NCBI RefSeq assembly: GCF_913775315.1
Contig: NZ_CAJYIX010000002.1
Length of the DNA: 64,000 nt
Source of the DNA: an uncultured Sphingomonas sp.
GTDB lineage: Bacteria; Pseudomonadota; Alphaproteobacteria; Sphingomonadales; Sphingomonadaceae
Reading direction: 5' to 3' (one strand)
Shown: piece after piece, positions 19,952 to 29,525 of the stretch
Position numbering within the stretch: position 1 is the first letter of the stretch
Layout: every line of letters starts with the position of its first letter
Program-made: the position numbers and the translations under genes
The notes under the pieces: generated by a model
What the model was told of the DNA's origin: nothing
The model's database searches: none
Seen by the model: only the letters and a program-made list of their open reading frames with translations

Positions 19952-21706
19952 CTACCGCCCCGGTTCGACCGGCGCCGCCGCCACGGGCGCGGGGGCGGTC
20001 CCGCCCTCTGGCACGGGCAGCGCGCGCTGGCCCTCGACCCACACCTTCTCGCCATTGACCCAGGTTTCGAGCACGCGCGTCGCGCGCAGCTCCGCGGGCG
20101 CCGCCATCGTCGGATCGCGATCGACGACGATGAAGTCCGCGCGCATCCCCGGCGCGATCCGGCCGAGCCTCTTCTCCGCGAACCCGGCATAGGCCGCATC
20201 GATGGTGAAGGCGCGCCACGCCGCCTCGCGCGTCAGCGCCTCCTCCGGGCGCCACCCGCCGAAGGGCTGGCCGTCGGCATCCTGCCGCGTGAAGCCCGCC
20301 GCCCAGCCCGCGAACGGATTGGGGCTCTCGACCGGATAGTCCGAACCGAAGGCGACGCGCGCGCCGGTCGCGGCGATCGACTTCCAGGCATACGCGCCCG
20401 CCAGCCGCTGCGCCCCCAGCCGCGTCTCCGCCATCACCCGGTCGCTGGTCTGGTGAACGGGCTGCATCGAGGCGACGACGCCGTTGCGGCCGAAGCGCGG
20501 CAGGTCGGCGGGATCGACGATCTGCGCATGCTCGATCCGCCAGCGCCGGTCGCCGGTATAGCTGCCGGACAGTTCGTCGATCGCGTTCAGCACCTCGGCA
20601 TTGGCGCGGTCGCCGATCGCGTGGACGGCGAGCTGAAACCCGTCCATCGCCCCGCGGCTCATCTGGTTCAGAAGCTGCGTGTCGTTCTGGAGCGGCAGGC
20701 CGGTCTGGCCCGGCGCATCGGCATAGGGCGCCTTCAGCCACGCCCCGCGGCTGCCCAGCGCGCCGTCGAGATAGAGCTTGATCCCGCCCATGCGCAGGCG
20801 GTCGTTGTACAGCCACGGCGTCGGCCCGCTCACGCCCACGCGCACCGCGGTCTCGACCGAATTGGCATAGCTCATGATGTGGATGCGCAGGAGGTTGCGG
20901 TCGCCCATGTAGCGATAGGTCAGCCAGTCATCGAGGCTGGTGCCCATGTCCGCGGTCGCGGTGATGCCGTTGGACAGGAGGATGCGCTGCGCCTCGAGGA
21001 ACGCGGCATTGCGCTCGCGCGGGGGCGCGGCGGGCACCGCCTTGGCCACCAAGGCCTTTGCCGCGTCGACGAACACGCCGGCGGGTGCGCCGTTCGGCAG
21101 CTTCTCGATCCGGCCGCCCGTGGGGGCGGCGGTCTTCGCCGTCACGCCCGCGGCCTTCATCGCCGCCGTGTTCGCCCAGGCGGCGTGGCTGTCGACGCGG
21201 TCGAGCCAGACGGGCTTGCCCGGCACGATCGCGTCGAGCTCGGCGGCAGTCGGGAAGCGGCCCAGCCCCCATTTCTCTTGGTTCCAGCCGCCGCCGGTGA
21301 TCCACGGCCGGTTGGGGTTGGCGGCGGCATAGGCGGCGATCTTCGCCTTCGCCTCCTCGAAGCTCTTGGTGTCGGAGAGGTCGAGCGACAGCGCCTTGAA
21401 CCCCAGTTCCATGAAATGGCCATGGCCGTCGATCATGCCGGGCATGACGACGCGGCCCTTCATGTCGGTGCGCCAGTCGAGCCTTTCGGGCCGCTTGTCC
21501 TTGCGCCCCAGGACGCGGGTGATCGTGCCGTCCTTGTCGATCAGGATGCCGGTGAACCGCTCGGGACGGCCTTTCTCATCCAGCGTCACGCCGTCGACAT
21601 TGTCGATGAGGCCATCGGCCAGCGCCGGCGCCGACAGCGCGGTGGCGGCAAGCAGCAGGGCGACGCGAAGGGGCGTCCGGGCGAGGAAGCGGTTGAGCAG
21701 CATCAT
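19952..21706 (-). CDS. Amidohydrolase 3 family (YtcJ-like), secreted
   Basis: PGMIDGHGH, KLYLDGALGSR, HAIGD, IEHAQ, GSDYPV. Confidence 0.9.
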   Translation of the reverse strand: MMLLNRFLARTPLRVALLLAATALSAPALADGLIDNVDGVTLDEKGRPERFTGILIDKDGTITRVLGRKDKRPERLDWRTDMKGRVVMPGMIDGHGHFMELGFKALSLDLSDTKSFEEAKAKIAAYAAANPNRPWITGGGWNQEKWGLGRFPTAAELDAIVPGKPVWLDRVDSHAAWANTAAMKAAGVTAKTAAPTGGRIEKLPNGAPAGVFVDAAKALVAKAVPAAPPRERNAAFLEAQRILLSNGITATADMGTSLDDWLTYRYMGDRNLLRIHIMSYANSVETAVRVGVSGPTPWLYNDRLRMGGIKLYLDGALGSRGAWLKAPYADAPGQTGLPLQNDTQLLNQMSRGAMDGFQLAVHAIGDRANAEVLNAIDELSGSYTGDRRWRIEHAQIVDPADLPRFGRNGVVASMQPVHQTSDRVMAETRLGAQRLAGAYAWKSIAATGARVAFGSDYPVESPNPFAGWAAGFTRQDADGQPFGGWRPEEALTREAAWRAFTIDAAYAGFAEKRLGRIAPGMRADFIVVDRDPTMAAPAELRATRVLETWVNGEKVWVEGQRALPVPEGGTAPAPVAAAPVEPGR

Positions 21707-21749
21707 GGCCATGCCATATGGCTTGGCCCGGATTTTGGCGAGGGTATCG

Positions 21750-22568
21750 ATGCGGACGATTGCGATCCTGGGGCTGGCCGGCCTTCTTTCGGCTTGCGGC
21801 GGCGTGGCCGAACAGCCGGCAACGCCGACGGGCGAGGCGAATGCCGTCGCCCTGACGCCCGTCGCCACGCCATCCCCTGCACCGTCGCCGGTTCCGGCGG
21901 CCAAGCCCAGCAAAACCGCGGTCAAGAACGCCAATTACAGCTTCGAGTTCGCCTATCCCGCACAGGCGGCGGCGATCCCCGCGCTCGCCAAATGGTTCGA
22001 GGGCCACCGCGCCGCGCTGATCGCCGAACTCGACAAGGACACCGCCGCCTTCCGCAAGGAGGCCGCGGACGGCGATTTCGAGTTCCGCCCATACGAATCG
22101 ACGCACGAATGGAAGGTGGTCACCGACACGCCGCGGTTCCTGAGCCTCTCGGCCGAAACCTGGGTCTATACCGGCGGCGCGCACGGCAGCCCGGGCTACG
22201 ACGCGCTCGTCTGGGACAAGGCGGCGGGCCAGCGGCTGAAGCCTACCGACGTCTTCGCCTCGGCCGATGCGATCCAGCGGGCGATCGGCGCCCCCTTCTG
22301 CGCCGCGATCGACAAGGAGCGCGAGAAGCGTCGCGGCGCGCCGGTGGTGCGATCCGACGACAGTTTCGACGCCTGCCCAAAGGCCGCCGACGCGACACTA
22401 ATTCTCGGGTCCACCGACCGGCAGAAGATTAATCGCATCGGCTTGCTCGTCGGGCCGTACGTCGCTGGCCCCTATGCCGAGGGGACGTTCGAGGTGACGC
22501 TGCCCGTCACCGATGCGCTGCTGGCGGCGGTGAAGCCGGCTTACCAAGACGCGTTCGGCACGAAGTGA
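21750..22568 (+). CDS. DUF3298/DUF4163 (RsiV/PdaC-like) lipoprotein
   Basis: Lipobox LSAC; YTGGAHG; PYVAGPYAEG. Confidence 0.8.
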   Translation: MRTIAILGLAGLLSACGGVAEQPATPTGEANAVALTPVATPSPAPSPVPAAKPSKTAVKNANYSFEFAYPAQAAAIPALAKWFEGHRAALIAELDKDTAAFRKEAADGDFEFRPYESTHEWKVVTDTPRFLSLSAETWVYTGGAHGSPGYDALVWDKAAGQRLKPTDVFASADAIQRAIGAPFCAAIDKEREKRRGAPVVRSDDSFDACPKAADATLILGSTDRQKINRIGLLVGPYVAGPYAEGTFEVTLPVTDALLAAVKPAYQDAFGTK

Positions 22569-22572
22569 GCTC

Positions 22573-22599
22573 GTCACCCCGGACTTGATCCGGGGTCAC
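22573..22599. repeat. REP-like palindrome (GTCACCCCGGA family)
   Basis: GTCACCCCGGA-CTTGA-TCCGGGGTCAC between convergent genes. Confidence 0.75.
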
Positions 22600-22608
22600 G
22601 CTTCCTCT

Positions 22609-23466
22609 TCAACCCTTCGGCAGTCGCGTCACCAGCGCGCTGGTATCCTTGCGCCCGCCCCCGGCCTGCTGCACCTCGGCATAGAATTGGTCGACCAGCG
22701 CGGTCATCGGGAGGAGCGCGCCGTTCCGCTTCGCCTCGTCGAGCGTCAGGCCCAGGTCCTTGCGCATCCAGTCGATCGCGAAGCCGAAGTCGAACTCGTC
22801 CTTCGCCATCGTCGGCCAGCGATTGACCAACTGCCAGCTCTGCGCCGCGCCGCCGGAGATCGCCTCCAGCACCTTGCCGAGATCGAGGTCTGACGCCTGT
22901 GCGAACCGCAGCGCCTCGCTCACCCCCTGAAGCACGCCGGCGATGCAGATCTGGTTGACCATCTTGGTGGTCTGGCCAGCGCCCGCCTCGCCCACATGGA
23001 CGATCCGCGCCGAATAGGCCTCCATGAACGGCCGCGCCGCCGCGACCGCCGCCGCGCTGCCGCCGCACATGACGGAGAGCTTGCCCGCCTCGGCCCCCGC
23101 CTGTCCGCCCGATACCGGCGCATCGACGACGAGCGCACGCTCACCCGCCAGTTCGCGCGCGATCGCGGCGGAGACGGTGGTGTGATCGACGAACACCGCA
23201 TCATCGGCCATCGCCGCGAAGCAGCCCTGCTCGCCCAGCGTCACTTGGCGCAGGTCGTCGTCGTTGCCGACACACACGAACACCGCCGCCGCTCCCTCGG
23301 CCGCCTCGGCCGGACTTGCCGCTGCACGCCCCCCGTTCGCCGCGACCCAGGCATCGGCCTTGGCCCGTGTGCGGTTGAAGACGGTGACGTCGTGCCCGGC
23401 CTTTGCCAGATGCCCCGCCATCGGCGCGCCCATGACGCCCAGACCCAGAAATGCGACTTTTGCCAT
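22609..23466 (-). CDS. NAD(P)-dependent oxidoreductase, 3-hydroxyisobutyrate dehydrogenase family
   Basis: FLGLGVMG, DAPVSGG, TKMVNQ. Confidence 0.92.
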   Translation of the reverse strand: MAKVAFLGLGVMGAPMAGHLAKAGHDVTVFNRTRAKADAWVAANGGRAAASPAEAAEGAAAVFVCVGNDDDLRQVTLGEQGCFAAMADDAVFVDHTTVSAAIARELAGERALVVDAPVSGGQAGAEAGKLSVMCGGSAAAVAAARPFMEAYSARIVHVGEAGAGQTTKMVNQICIAGVLQGVSEALRFAQASDLDLGKVLEAISGGAAQSWQLVNRWPTMAKDEFDFGFAIDWMRKDLGLTLDEAKRNGALLPMTALVDQFYAEVQQAGGGRKDTSALVTRLPKG

Positions 23467-23557
23467 GCCCCGCTATCGCCGCGCACCCGCGGCCGCGCAA
23501 GGGTGGCTTTTCTCCACCCTGTTTCCCCCGCGCGCCCGATCCGCTACGGGGGCGGCC

Positions 23558-24805
23558 ATGGCCAGCCTTCCCGCATCGCCCGCCCCGACCGACACGCCGG
23601 TCACGCTCGACGACGTTTTCGCGGCGCGTGCGCGGATCGCGGGATCGGTGGTGCGGACGCCGACGCTGGTCAGCAAGACGCTTTCCCAGTTCGTCGGCGC
23701 GACCGTCTATCTGAAGTTCGAGAACCTCCAGTTCACCGCCGCCTACAAGGAGCGGGGCGCGCTCAACACGCTCCTTCAGCTTTCGACTGAGCAGCGGGCG
23801 AAGGGCGTCATCGCCGCCTCCGCGGGCAATCATGCACAGGGCCTCGCCTATCACGGCATCCGCCTCGGCATCCCCGTCACCATCGTCATGCCGCGCCCGA
23901 CGCCGACGGTGAAGGTGACGCAGACCGAGGGCCACGGCGCGACCGTGATCCTCGAGGGCGAGACCTTCGACGAGGCGTACGCCCATGCCCGCAAGCTTGA
24001 GGCGTCGAACGGCTATACCTTCGTCCACCCGTTCGATGATCCGCGCATCGTCGCGGGCCAGGGGACGATCGCGCTGGAGATGCTGGAGGATGCGCCGGGC
24101 ATCGACAGCTTCGTCGTGCCGATCGGCGGCGGCGGGCTGATCTCGGGCATCGCCACCGTCGCCAAGGCGCAGTCGCGTGCCATCGAGGTGATCGGCGTGC
24201 AGGCCGAACTCTACCCCTCGATGTACAACCGGCTGTCGGGCGAGAGCCTGCCGATCGGCGGCGACACGCTGGCCGAGGGGATCGCGGTCAAGGAGCCGGG
24301 CGGCCTGACCGCACAGATCGTCAAGGCACTGGTCGACGACATCGTGCTGGTAAGCGAGCGCAGCCTGGAGGAATCGGTCAGCCTCCTCCTCCAGATCGAA
24401 AAGACCGTGGTCGAGGGGGCGGGCGCCGCCGGCCTTGCCGCGCTGCTCACGCACAAGGAGCGGTTCGCCGGGCGACACATCGGCATCGTCCTGTGCGGCG
24501 GTAATATCGACACGCGGCTGCTCGCCAATGTGCTCTTGCGCGATCTGGCCCGCTCCGGCCGGCTCGCGCGGCTGCGCGTGCGGTTGCAGGACCGGCCCGG
24601 CGCGCTGTTCGGTGTCGCCAAGATCTTTCACGAACAGGCCGTCAACATCATCGAGATCTATCACCAGCGTGTCTTCACCACGCTGCCGGCCAAGGGCCTC
24701 ATCACCGATATCGAGTGCGAGACGCGCGACCGCCCGCATCTCGACCGGCTGATCGACGCGCTGCGTGCCGCGCAGTACGAGGTGTCGCTGGTGGAGCTTG
24801 CCTGA
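23558..24805 (+). CDS. ilvA: Threonine ammonia-lyase with C-terminal ACT domain
   Basis: ENLQFTAAYKERGA, SAGNHAQG, PIGGGGL, QDRPG. Confidence 0.9.
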   Translation: MASLPASPAPTDTPVTLDDVFAARARIAGSVVRTPTLVSKTLSQFVGATVYLKFENLQFTAAYKERGALNTLLQLSTEQRAKGVIAASAGNHAQGLAYHGIRLGIPVTIVMPRPTPTVKVTQTEGHGATVILEGETFDEAYAHARKLEASNGYTFVHPFDDPRIVAGQGTIALEMLEDAPGIDSFVVPIGGGGLISGIATVAKAQSRAIEVIGVQAELYPSMYNRLSGESLPIGGDTLAEGIAVKEPGGLTAQIVKALVDDIVLVSERSLEESVSLLLQIEKTVVEGAGAAGLAALLTHKERFAGRHIGIVLCGGNIDTRLLANVLLRDLARSGRLARLRVRLQDRPGALFGVAKIFHEQAVNIIEIYHQRVFTTLPAKGLITDIECETRDRPHLDRLIDALRAAQYEVSLVELA

Positions 24806-24977
24806 TCGCCGAATCGTATGATTTCGGCACGATCGGGCGGGCGGTTCATGACGATCGCCGCATCCCCCGAATCGGCTACCCGCATTTCATGGTAAACCGC
24901 CTTTTCAGAAACGGGGGCGGCCTGCATATTGGTGCCGGGCCGTATGTCGCGGCCCTGTTTCAGGGGCTTTGCGAAGC

Positions 24978-25751
24978 GTGACCGCGCCGTTCCGTTTTCC
25001 ACGCTTCTTCGTCACTAGCCCCGCGCCCTGCCCCTATCTACCGGGCCGGCAGGAGCGGAAGGTGTTCACCGAACTGACCGGCAATCACGCCGGCGAGCTC
25101 AACGACGCGCTCGGCCGGATCGGCTTTCGCCGCAGCCAGTCGGTCGCCTATCGCCCGTCCTGCCCCAGCTGCAACGCGTGCCAGTCGGTGCGCGTCGTCG
25201 CCGACCGCTTCGTGCCGGGCTCGACGCAGCGGAAGCTCCAGCGGCGCATGGCCGACCTAGAGGTCAGCGCCTGCCGCCCCTGGGCCACGGACGAGCAGTT
25301 CGATTTGCTCCAGCGCTATCTCGCCACCCGGCACCCCGGCGGCGGCATGGCGGGCATGGACGAGCAGGACTATGCCGACATGGTCGAGCACAGCCCCGTC
25401 CGCTCCTTCGTCATCGAGTATCGCGAGCCGTCGGTGAACGGCCGGCCGGGCAAGCTGGTCGGCGCGTGCATCACCGACCAGCAGGCCGACGGCCTGTCGA
25501 TGATCTACAGCTTCTACGATTCGGGGCCGGATGCGCGGCCGGGCCTCGGCACGTTCATCATCCTCGACCACATCGCCCGCGCGACCGCGGTCGGCCTGCC
25601 TTACGTCTATCTCGGCTATTGGGTGAAGGGTTCGGCGCGGATGGCGTACAAAGCGCGCTTCCAGCCGCTCGAGGTGCTGGGCGCCGGCGGCTGGCGCGAA
25701 CTGGCGGCGGAGCCGGCCGCCGCGCGGGACCGGGTCGCCGAGCCGGCCTAG
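24978..25751 (+). CDS. Arginyltransferase / Asp-Glu leucyltransferase (Ate/Bpt)
   Basis: [26 protein letters not shown]. Confidence 0.9.
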   Translation: MTAPFRFPRFFVTSPAPCPYLPGRQERKVFTELTGNHAGELNDALGRIGFRRSQSVAYRPSCPSCNACQSVRVVADRFVPGSTQRKLQRRMADLEVSACRPWATDEQFDLLQRYLATRHPGGGMAGMDEQDYADMVEHSPVRSFVIEYREPSVNGRPGKLVGACITDQQADGLSMIYSFYDSGPDARPGLGTFIILDHIARATAVGLPYVYLGYWVKGSARMAYKARFQPLEVLGAGGWRELAAEPAAARDRVAEPA

Positions 25752-25757
25752 CGCCGC

Positions 25758-26243
25758 CTATTTCTGCGGCCAGGTCACCTTGTCGCCCTCGGCCATGCCG
25801 GTCGCCGCGGCGACGCCGGCCTTGACCTCCAGCACCGCGCCTACGGGCTCGCCCGAGGGGATCGGCGTCTCGTCGAACGGTTCGCCGCGGGCGATGCGGG
25901 CGATGGTGCCGTCGGGGCGGATGAAGATGAGGTCGAGCGCGGTCGGCGTGTTCTGCATCCAGAAGCTAGCCTCCTTCGGCGCGCCGCCGCCCGCCGGATA
26001 TGGCCAGAACAGCATCGCCGAAGTGTCGGTGAGGTCGGTGCGGAACATCAGGCCGCGCTGCTGCTCGGCGGGCGTGACCGCCGGTTCGGCCTTGAAGACG
26101 TGGCGACCGCGCTTCGTCGTGACCGTGACGGGGACGATGCCCTTGGCCTGCTCCTCCGCCGTCAGCGACGTGGCGCCGCCAGTGCAGGCGGCAAGCGGTG
26201 AAAGCCCGGCGACAAGCGCCAGGGCGAGGAAGCGCGTCAACAT
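25758..26243 (-). CDS. DUF192 domain lipoprotein
   Basis: QQRGLMFR, FWMQNT, LDLIFI, VLEVKAG. Confidence 0.9.
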   Translation of the reverse strand: MLTRFLALALVAGLSPLAACTGGATSLTAEEQAKGIVPVTVTTKRGRHVFKAEPAVTPAEQQRGLMFRTDLTDTSAMLFWPYPAGGGAPKEASFWMQNTPTALDLIFIRPDGTIARIARGEPFDETPIPSGEPVGAVLEVKAGVAAATGMAEGDKVTWPQK

Positions 26244-26251
26244 GGCCGCGA

Positions 26252-26815
26252 TTATTCGGGCTTTTCGACCGCCACCGCAAGCGGGCCCTTCTCGCCCTCG
26301 ACGATGCGCGCGCGCAGCCGTTGGTCGGGCTCGACCTCCTCGACGCCGGCACGCCGCAGCGTTTCCATGTGGACGAACACGTCGCCCGGCACCGAATCGC
26401 GAATCACGAAGCCATAGCCCTTCAGACGATTGAACCACTTCACCGTCACCGCCTCGAACGGGCCGGCGGTGTCGATCAGCTTGGTGCGATCGACGCGGTC
26501 GGGGTTGCGCGCCGGCGGCATCTCAACCGCGGTCGACAGGTCGATCGACACGATCTCTCGCGCCTGGAGCCCGCGCGGGCGCTGAAGCGTGCGGCATTCG
26601 ATCCGCGCGCCTTCGGGCAGGCTGCGACGCCCATGTTCCTGAAGCACCGAGAAGTGGACGAGGATGTCGCCGATCGCCGGATCGTCGGCGACCAAAAAGC
26701 CGAACCCGCGCGTCACGTCGAACCATTTGACCGTTCCGGCATAGATACGATCTTCGGCATCGTGATCGGTCATGCTGCCCCCCGACAGAAAGGCCGGCGC
26801 CTCGTAATCCTCCAT
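26252..26815 (-). CDS. Tandem two-domain cold-shock protein
   Basis: [14 protein letters not shown] and [12 protein letters not shown]; start 26815 or 26773. Confidence 0.9.
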   Translation of the reverse strand: MEDYEAPAFLSGGSMTDHDAEDRIYAGTVKWFDVTRGFGFLVADDPAIGDILVHFSVLQEHGRRSLPEGARIECRTLQRPRGLQAREIVSIDLSTAVEMPPARNPDRVDRTKLIDTAGPFEAVTVKWFNRLKGYGFVIRDSVPGDVFVHMETLRRAGVEEVEPDQRLRARIVEGEKGPLAVAVEKPE

Positions 26816-26878
26816 CCGTCTTTGCGGATCGCTACGCATGATTGATGTACCCCCGAAAGCAGAACCTATCACAGCATT

Positions 26879-27454
26879 TCACGAAAGCGAACGAATGAGT
26901 CGCAATGCAACATCGTCGGCATCCTCGAAACGGGACGCCGGTTCGAGCGATTCCAACGCGGTGGTCGCGATCCGGCGCGCGAGCATCGGCGAATGGCCCG
27001 CGCGGACCATTTGTCCCACCTGTCGCTCGATCGCCGCGCGGTCGTCGACGGGGGTCCCGAACGGACCGATTCGCTTGCGCCGGGCAAAGGCGACCGCGCT
27101 CTCAATCGCGCCCTCCGCCACCGCGTCGGCGATCGCGGCCATGTCCTCGCCTGCAATTCCCGCTGCGCCCAGCGTCTGGCGCACCCGCCGCGCGCCGAGC
27201 CCCCGGCGCGCCATCGACGCCGCTTTCGCCTCGCCCCAGGCGCGGTCGTCTATATAGCCGAGGTCGGCGAACCGCTCGACCAGCGCCTCCACCGGCGGTG
27301 GCGTCTCCTCCGCCCAGCCGCGCTCGCGCAGCTTTCGCGTCAGATAGTCGGCCAGTTTGCCACGCGTCGTCGCGAATCGCTCGACATAGCGCAGCGCCGA
27401 CCGCTCGAGCGTCTTGACGTCATACGGTCGTAATGAAGGCTTGCGTCCGGGCAT
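26879..27454 (-). CDS. recX: RecX family regulatory protein
   Basis: ALRYVERFATT...GYIDDRAW...RRGLGARRVRQ. Confidence 0.85.
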   Translation of the reverse strand: MPGRKPSLRPYDVKTLERSALRYVERFATTRGKLADYLTRKLRERGWAEETPPPVEALVERFADLGYIDDRAWGEAKAASMARRGLGARRVRQTLGAAGIAGEDMAAIADAVAEGAIESAVAFARRKRIGPFGTPVDDRAAIERQVGQMVRAGHSPMLARRIATTALESLEPASRFEDADDVALRLIRSLS

Positions 27455-27598
27455 CGGCCATGTTTGTGCCATAGTGACGGTCGATTTTGAACGCGAGGCC
27501 GTGCGACCGGTGTCAGCCTGCGCTCATCTTGCGCCGGTTAGAGACCGGCGACTGGGAGGATAAGCGCCGAAAATGACAACAATCCAGGATCGCCATTC

Positions 27599-29341
27599 GT
27601 GACCAGTGCCGCCGCCGGAACCCTGAACGCCACGCCGAGCGCCTGTACGCTCGCGCGCCGCTTCTCCGATTTCGAGACGCTGGGCGCGGCGCTGGACTTC
27701 GCAGCCACGGGCGCGCGGGGCCTCAACTTCCACGACGCGCGCGGCACGCTCACACGCGCCTATCCCTATAGCGAGCTTCGCGCCGATGCGCTCGAACAGG
27801 CATACCGCCTGATCGCGATGGGCGTGAAGCCGGGCGAGCGCATCGCCCTCGTCGCCGAAACCGGCCCGGAGTTCGCGTCGCTCTTCTTCGGCACCGTCTA
27901 TGCCGGCGCGTGGCCGGTGCCGCTGCCGCTGCCCACCAGCTTCGGCGGGCGCGACAGCTATATCGATCAGCTTGCGGTCCAGCTCGAAAGCTGCGACCCG
28001 CGCCTCCTCCTCTACCCCGCCGAGCTCGAGGCGATGGCCGGTGCCGCCGCCGAGCGCATCGGGGTCGAGGGGATCGCGTGGGAGACCTTCGCCGCCGCCC
28101 CCGCGAACGAGGTGGCGCTGCCCGAGGCAAACGGCGACGACATTGCCTATCTGCAATATTCGAGCGGCTCGACGCGCTTCCCGCACGGCGTAGCGGTCAC
28201 GCACCATGCCCTTCTCAACAACCTCGCCGCGCATGCGCACGGCATGGCGCTGATCGACAGCGACCGCTGCGTCTCGTGGCTGCCTTGGTATCACGACATG
28301 GGGCTGGTCGGCTGCTTCCTGTCGCCGATCGCAAACCAGGTGTCGGTCGATTATCTCAAGACCGAGGACTTCGCCCGCCGTCCGCTCGCCTGGCTCGACC
28401 TCATCAGCCGCAATCCGGGCACGACGCTCAGCTATTCGCCGACCTTCGGCTACGACATCTGCGCGCGCCGCATGTCGAGCCAGACCAAGGCAAGCGACCG
28501 GTTCGACCTGTCGCGCTGGCGCGTGGCGGGCAACGGCGCCGACATGATCCGCCCCGACGTGATGCAGAAGTTCGTCGACGCGTTTGCCGATGCGGGCTTC
28601 AAGGCGTCGGCTTTCCTGCCGAGCTATGGCCTGGCCGAAGCGACGCTTGCCGTCTCGATCATGCCGCCGGGCGAGGGCATCGTCGTCGAGCTGGTTGAGG
28701 AGACGCAGCTCTCCGGCATCTCGGCCGATGGCGGACGCCCGCAGCGTTACCGCGCGATCGTCAATTGCGGCCGCCCGGTAAAGGACATGCTGGTCGAAAT
28801 CCGCGAGGAGGACGGCACGCCGCTTCCCGACAAGGCGATCGGCAAGGTCTGGTGCCGCGGCCCCAGCGTCATGGCCGGCTATTTCCGTGATGAAGCCTCG
28901 ACCGAGGCGTGCATGAAGGACGGCTGGCTCGACACCGGCGACATGGGCTATCTGTCGGACGGCTATGTCTATATCGTCGGCCGGGCCAAGGACATGATCA
29001 TCGTCAACGGCCGCAACCACTGGCCGCAGGACATCGAATGGGCGGTAGAGCAGCTGCCCGGCTTCAAGGCGGGCGACATCGCCGCCTTCGCGATCACGAC
29101 GCCGGGCGGCGAAGAGACGCCGGCCGTCCTCGTCCAGTGCCGCACCAGCGACGATGCCGAACGCAGCCGCCTGCGCGACGAGATCCGTGAGCGGGTACGG
29201 TCGGTGACGGGGATGAACTGCGTGGTGGAGCTGGTCCCACCAAGGACGCTGCCGCGCACGAGTTCGGGGAAGCTGAGCCGGGCGAAGGCGCGCAACCTCT
29301 ATCTGGCCGGCGAGATCAAGCCGTACGACATCGCCGCCTGA
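27599..29341 (+). CDS. Fatty acyl-AMP ligase (FAAL)
   Basis: YLQYSSGSTRFPHGV, SWLPWYHDMGL, PSYGLAE, GRNHWPQDIE. Confidence 0.9.
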   Translation: MTSAAAGTLNATPSACTLARRFSDFETLGAALDFAATGARGLNFHDARGTLTRAYPYSELRADALEQAYRLIAMGVKPGERIALVAETGPEFASLFFGTVYAGAWPVPLPLPTSFGGRDSYIDQLAVQLESCDPRLLLYPAELEAMAGAAAERIGVEGIAWETFAAAPANEVALPEANGDDIAYLQYSSGSTRFPHGVAVTHHALLNNLAAHAHGMALIDSDRCVSWLPWYHDMGLVGCFLSPIANQVSVDYLKTEDFARRPLAWLDLISRNPGTTLSYSPTFGYDICARRMSSQTKASDRFDLSRWRVAGNGADMIRPDVMQKFVDAFADAGFKASAFLPSYGLAEATLAVSIMPPGEGIVVELVEETQLSGISADGGRPQRYRAIVNCGRPVKDMLVEIREEDGTPLPDKAIGKVWCRGPSVMAGYFRDEASTEACMKDGWLDTGDMGYLSDGYVYIVGRAKDMIIVNGRNHWPQDIEWAVEQLPGFKAGDIAAFAITTPGGEETPAVLVQCRTSDDAERSRLRDEIRERVRSVTGMNCVVELVPPRTLPRTSSGKLSRAKARNLYLAGEIKPYDIAA

Positions 29342-29343
29342 TT

Positions 29344-29521
29344 TCCTCCCTCCTGGAGGGGGAGGATACGAAGACTTGGCGGCTTGCCGCTTAGTCGCAG
29401 TCGGAGAGGGGGAGCGACCGCGTCGCGGTCGCGCGGCGCATAGGCGCCGCTCCCCCTCTCCAAACTCCGCTAGCTGCTGAAGCAGCAAGCTGCGCTATCC
29501 TCCCCCTCCAGAGGGGAGGAT
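29344..29521. repeat. About 178-bp nested inverted-repeat element (RPE/MITE-like)
   Basis: Terminal TCCTCCCTCCTGGAGGGGGAGGATA vs TATCCTCCCCCTCCAGAGGGGGAGGA; inner GGAGAGGGGGAGCG/CGCTCCCCCTCTCC. Confidence 0.8.
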
Positions 29522-29525
29522 TCCA

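Noticed and set aside
26252-26815. Double cold-shock domain as a novelty
   Set aside because: Tandem-CSD proteins are common in Alphaproteobacteria
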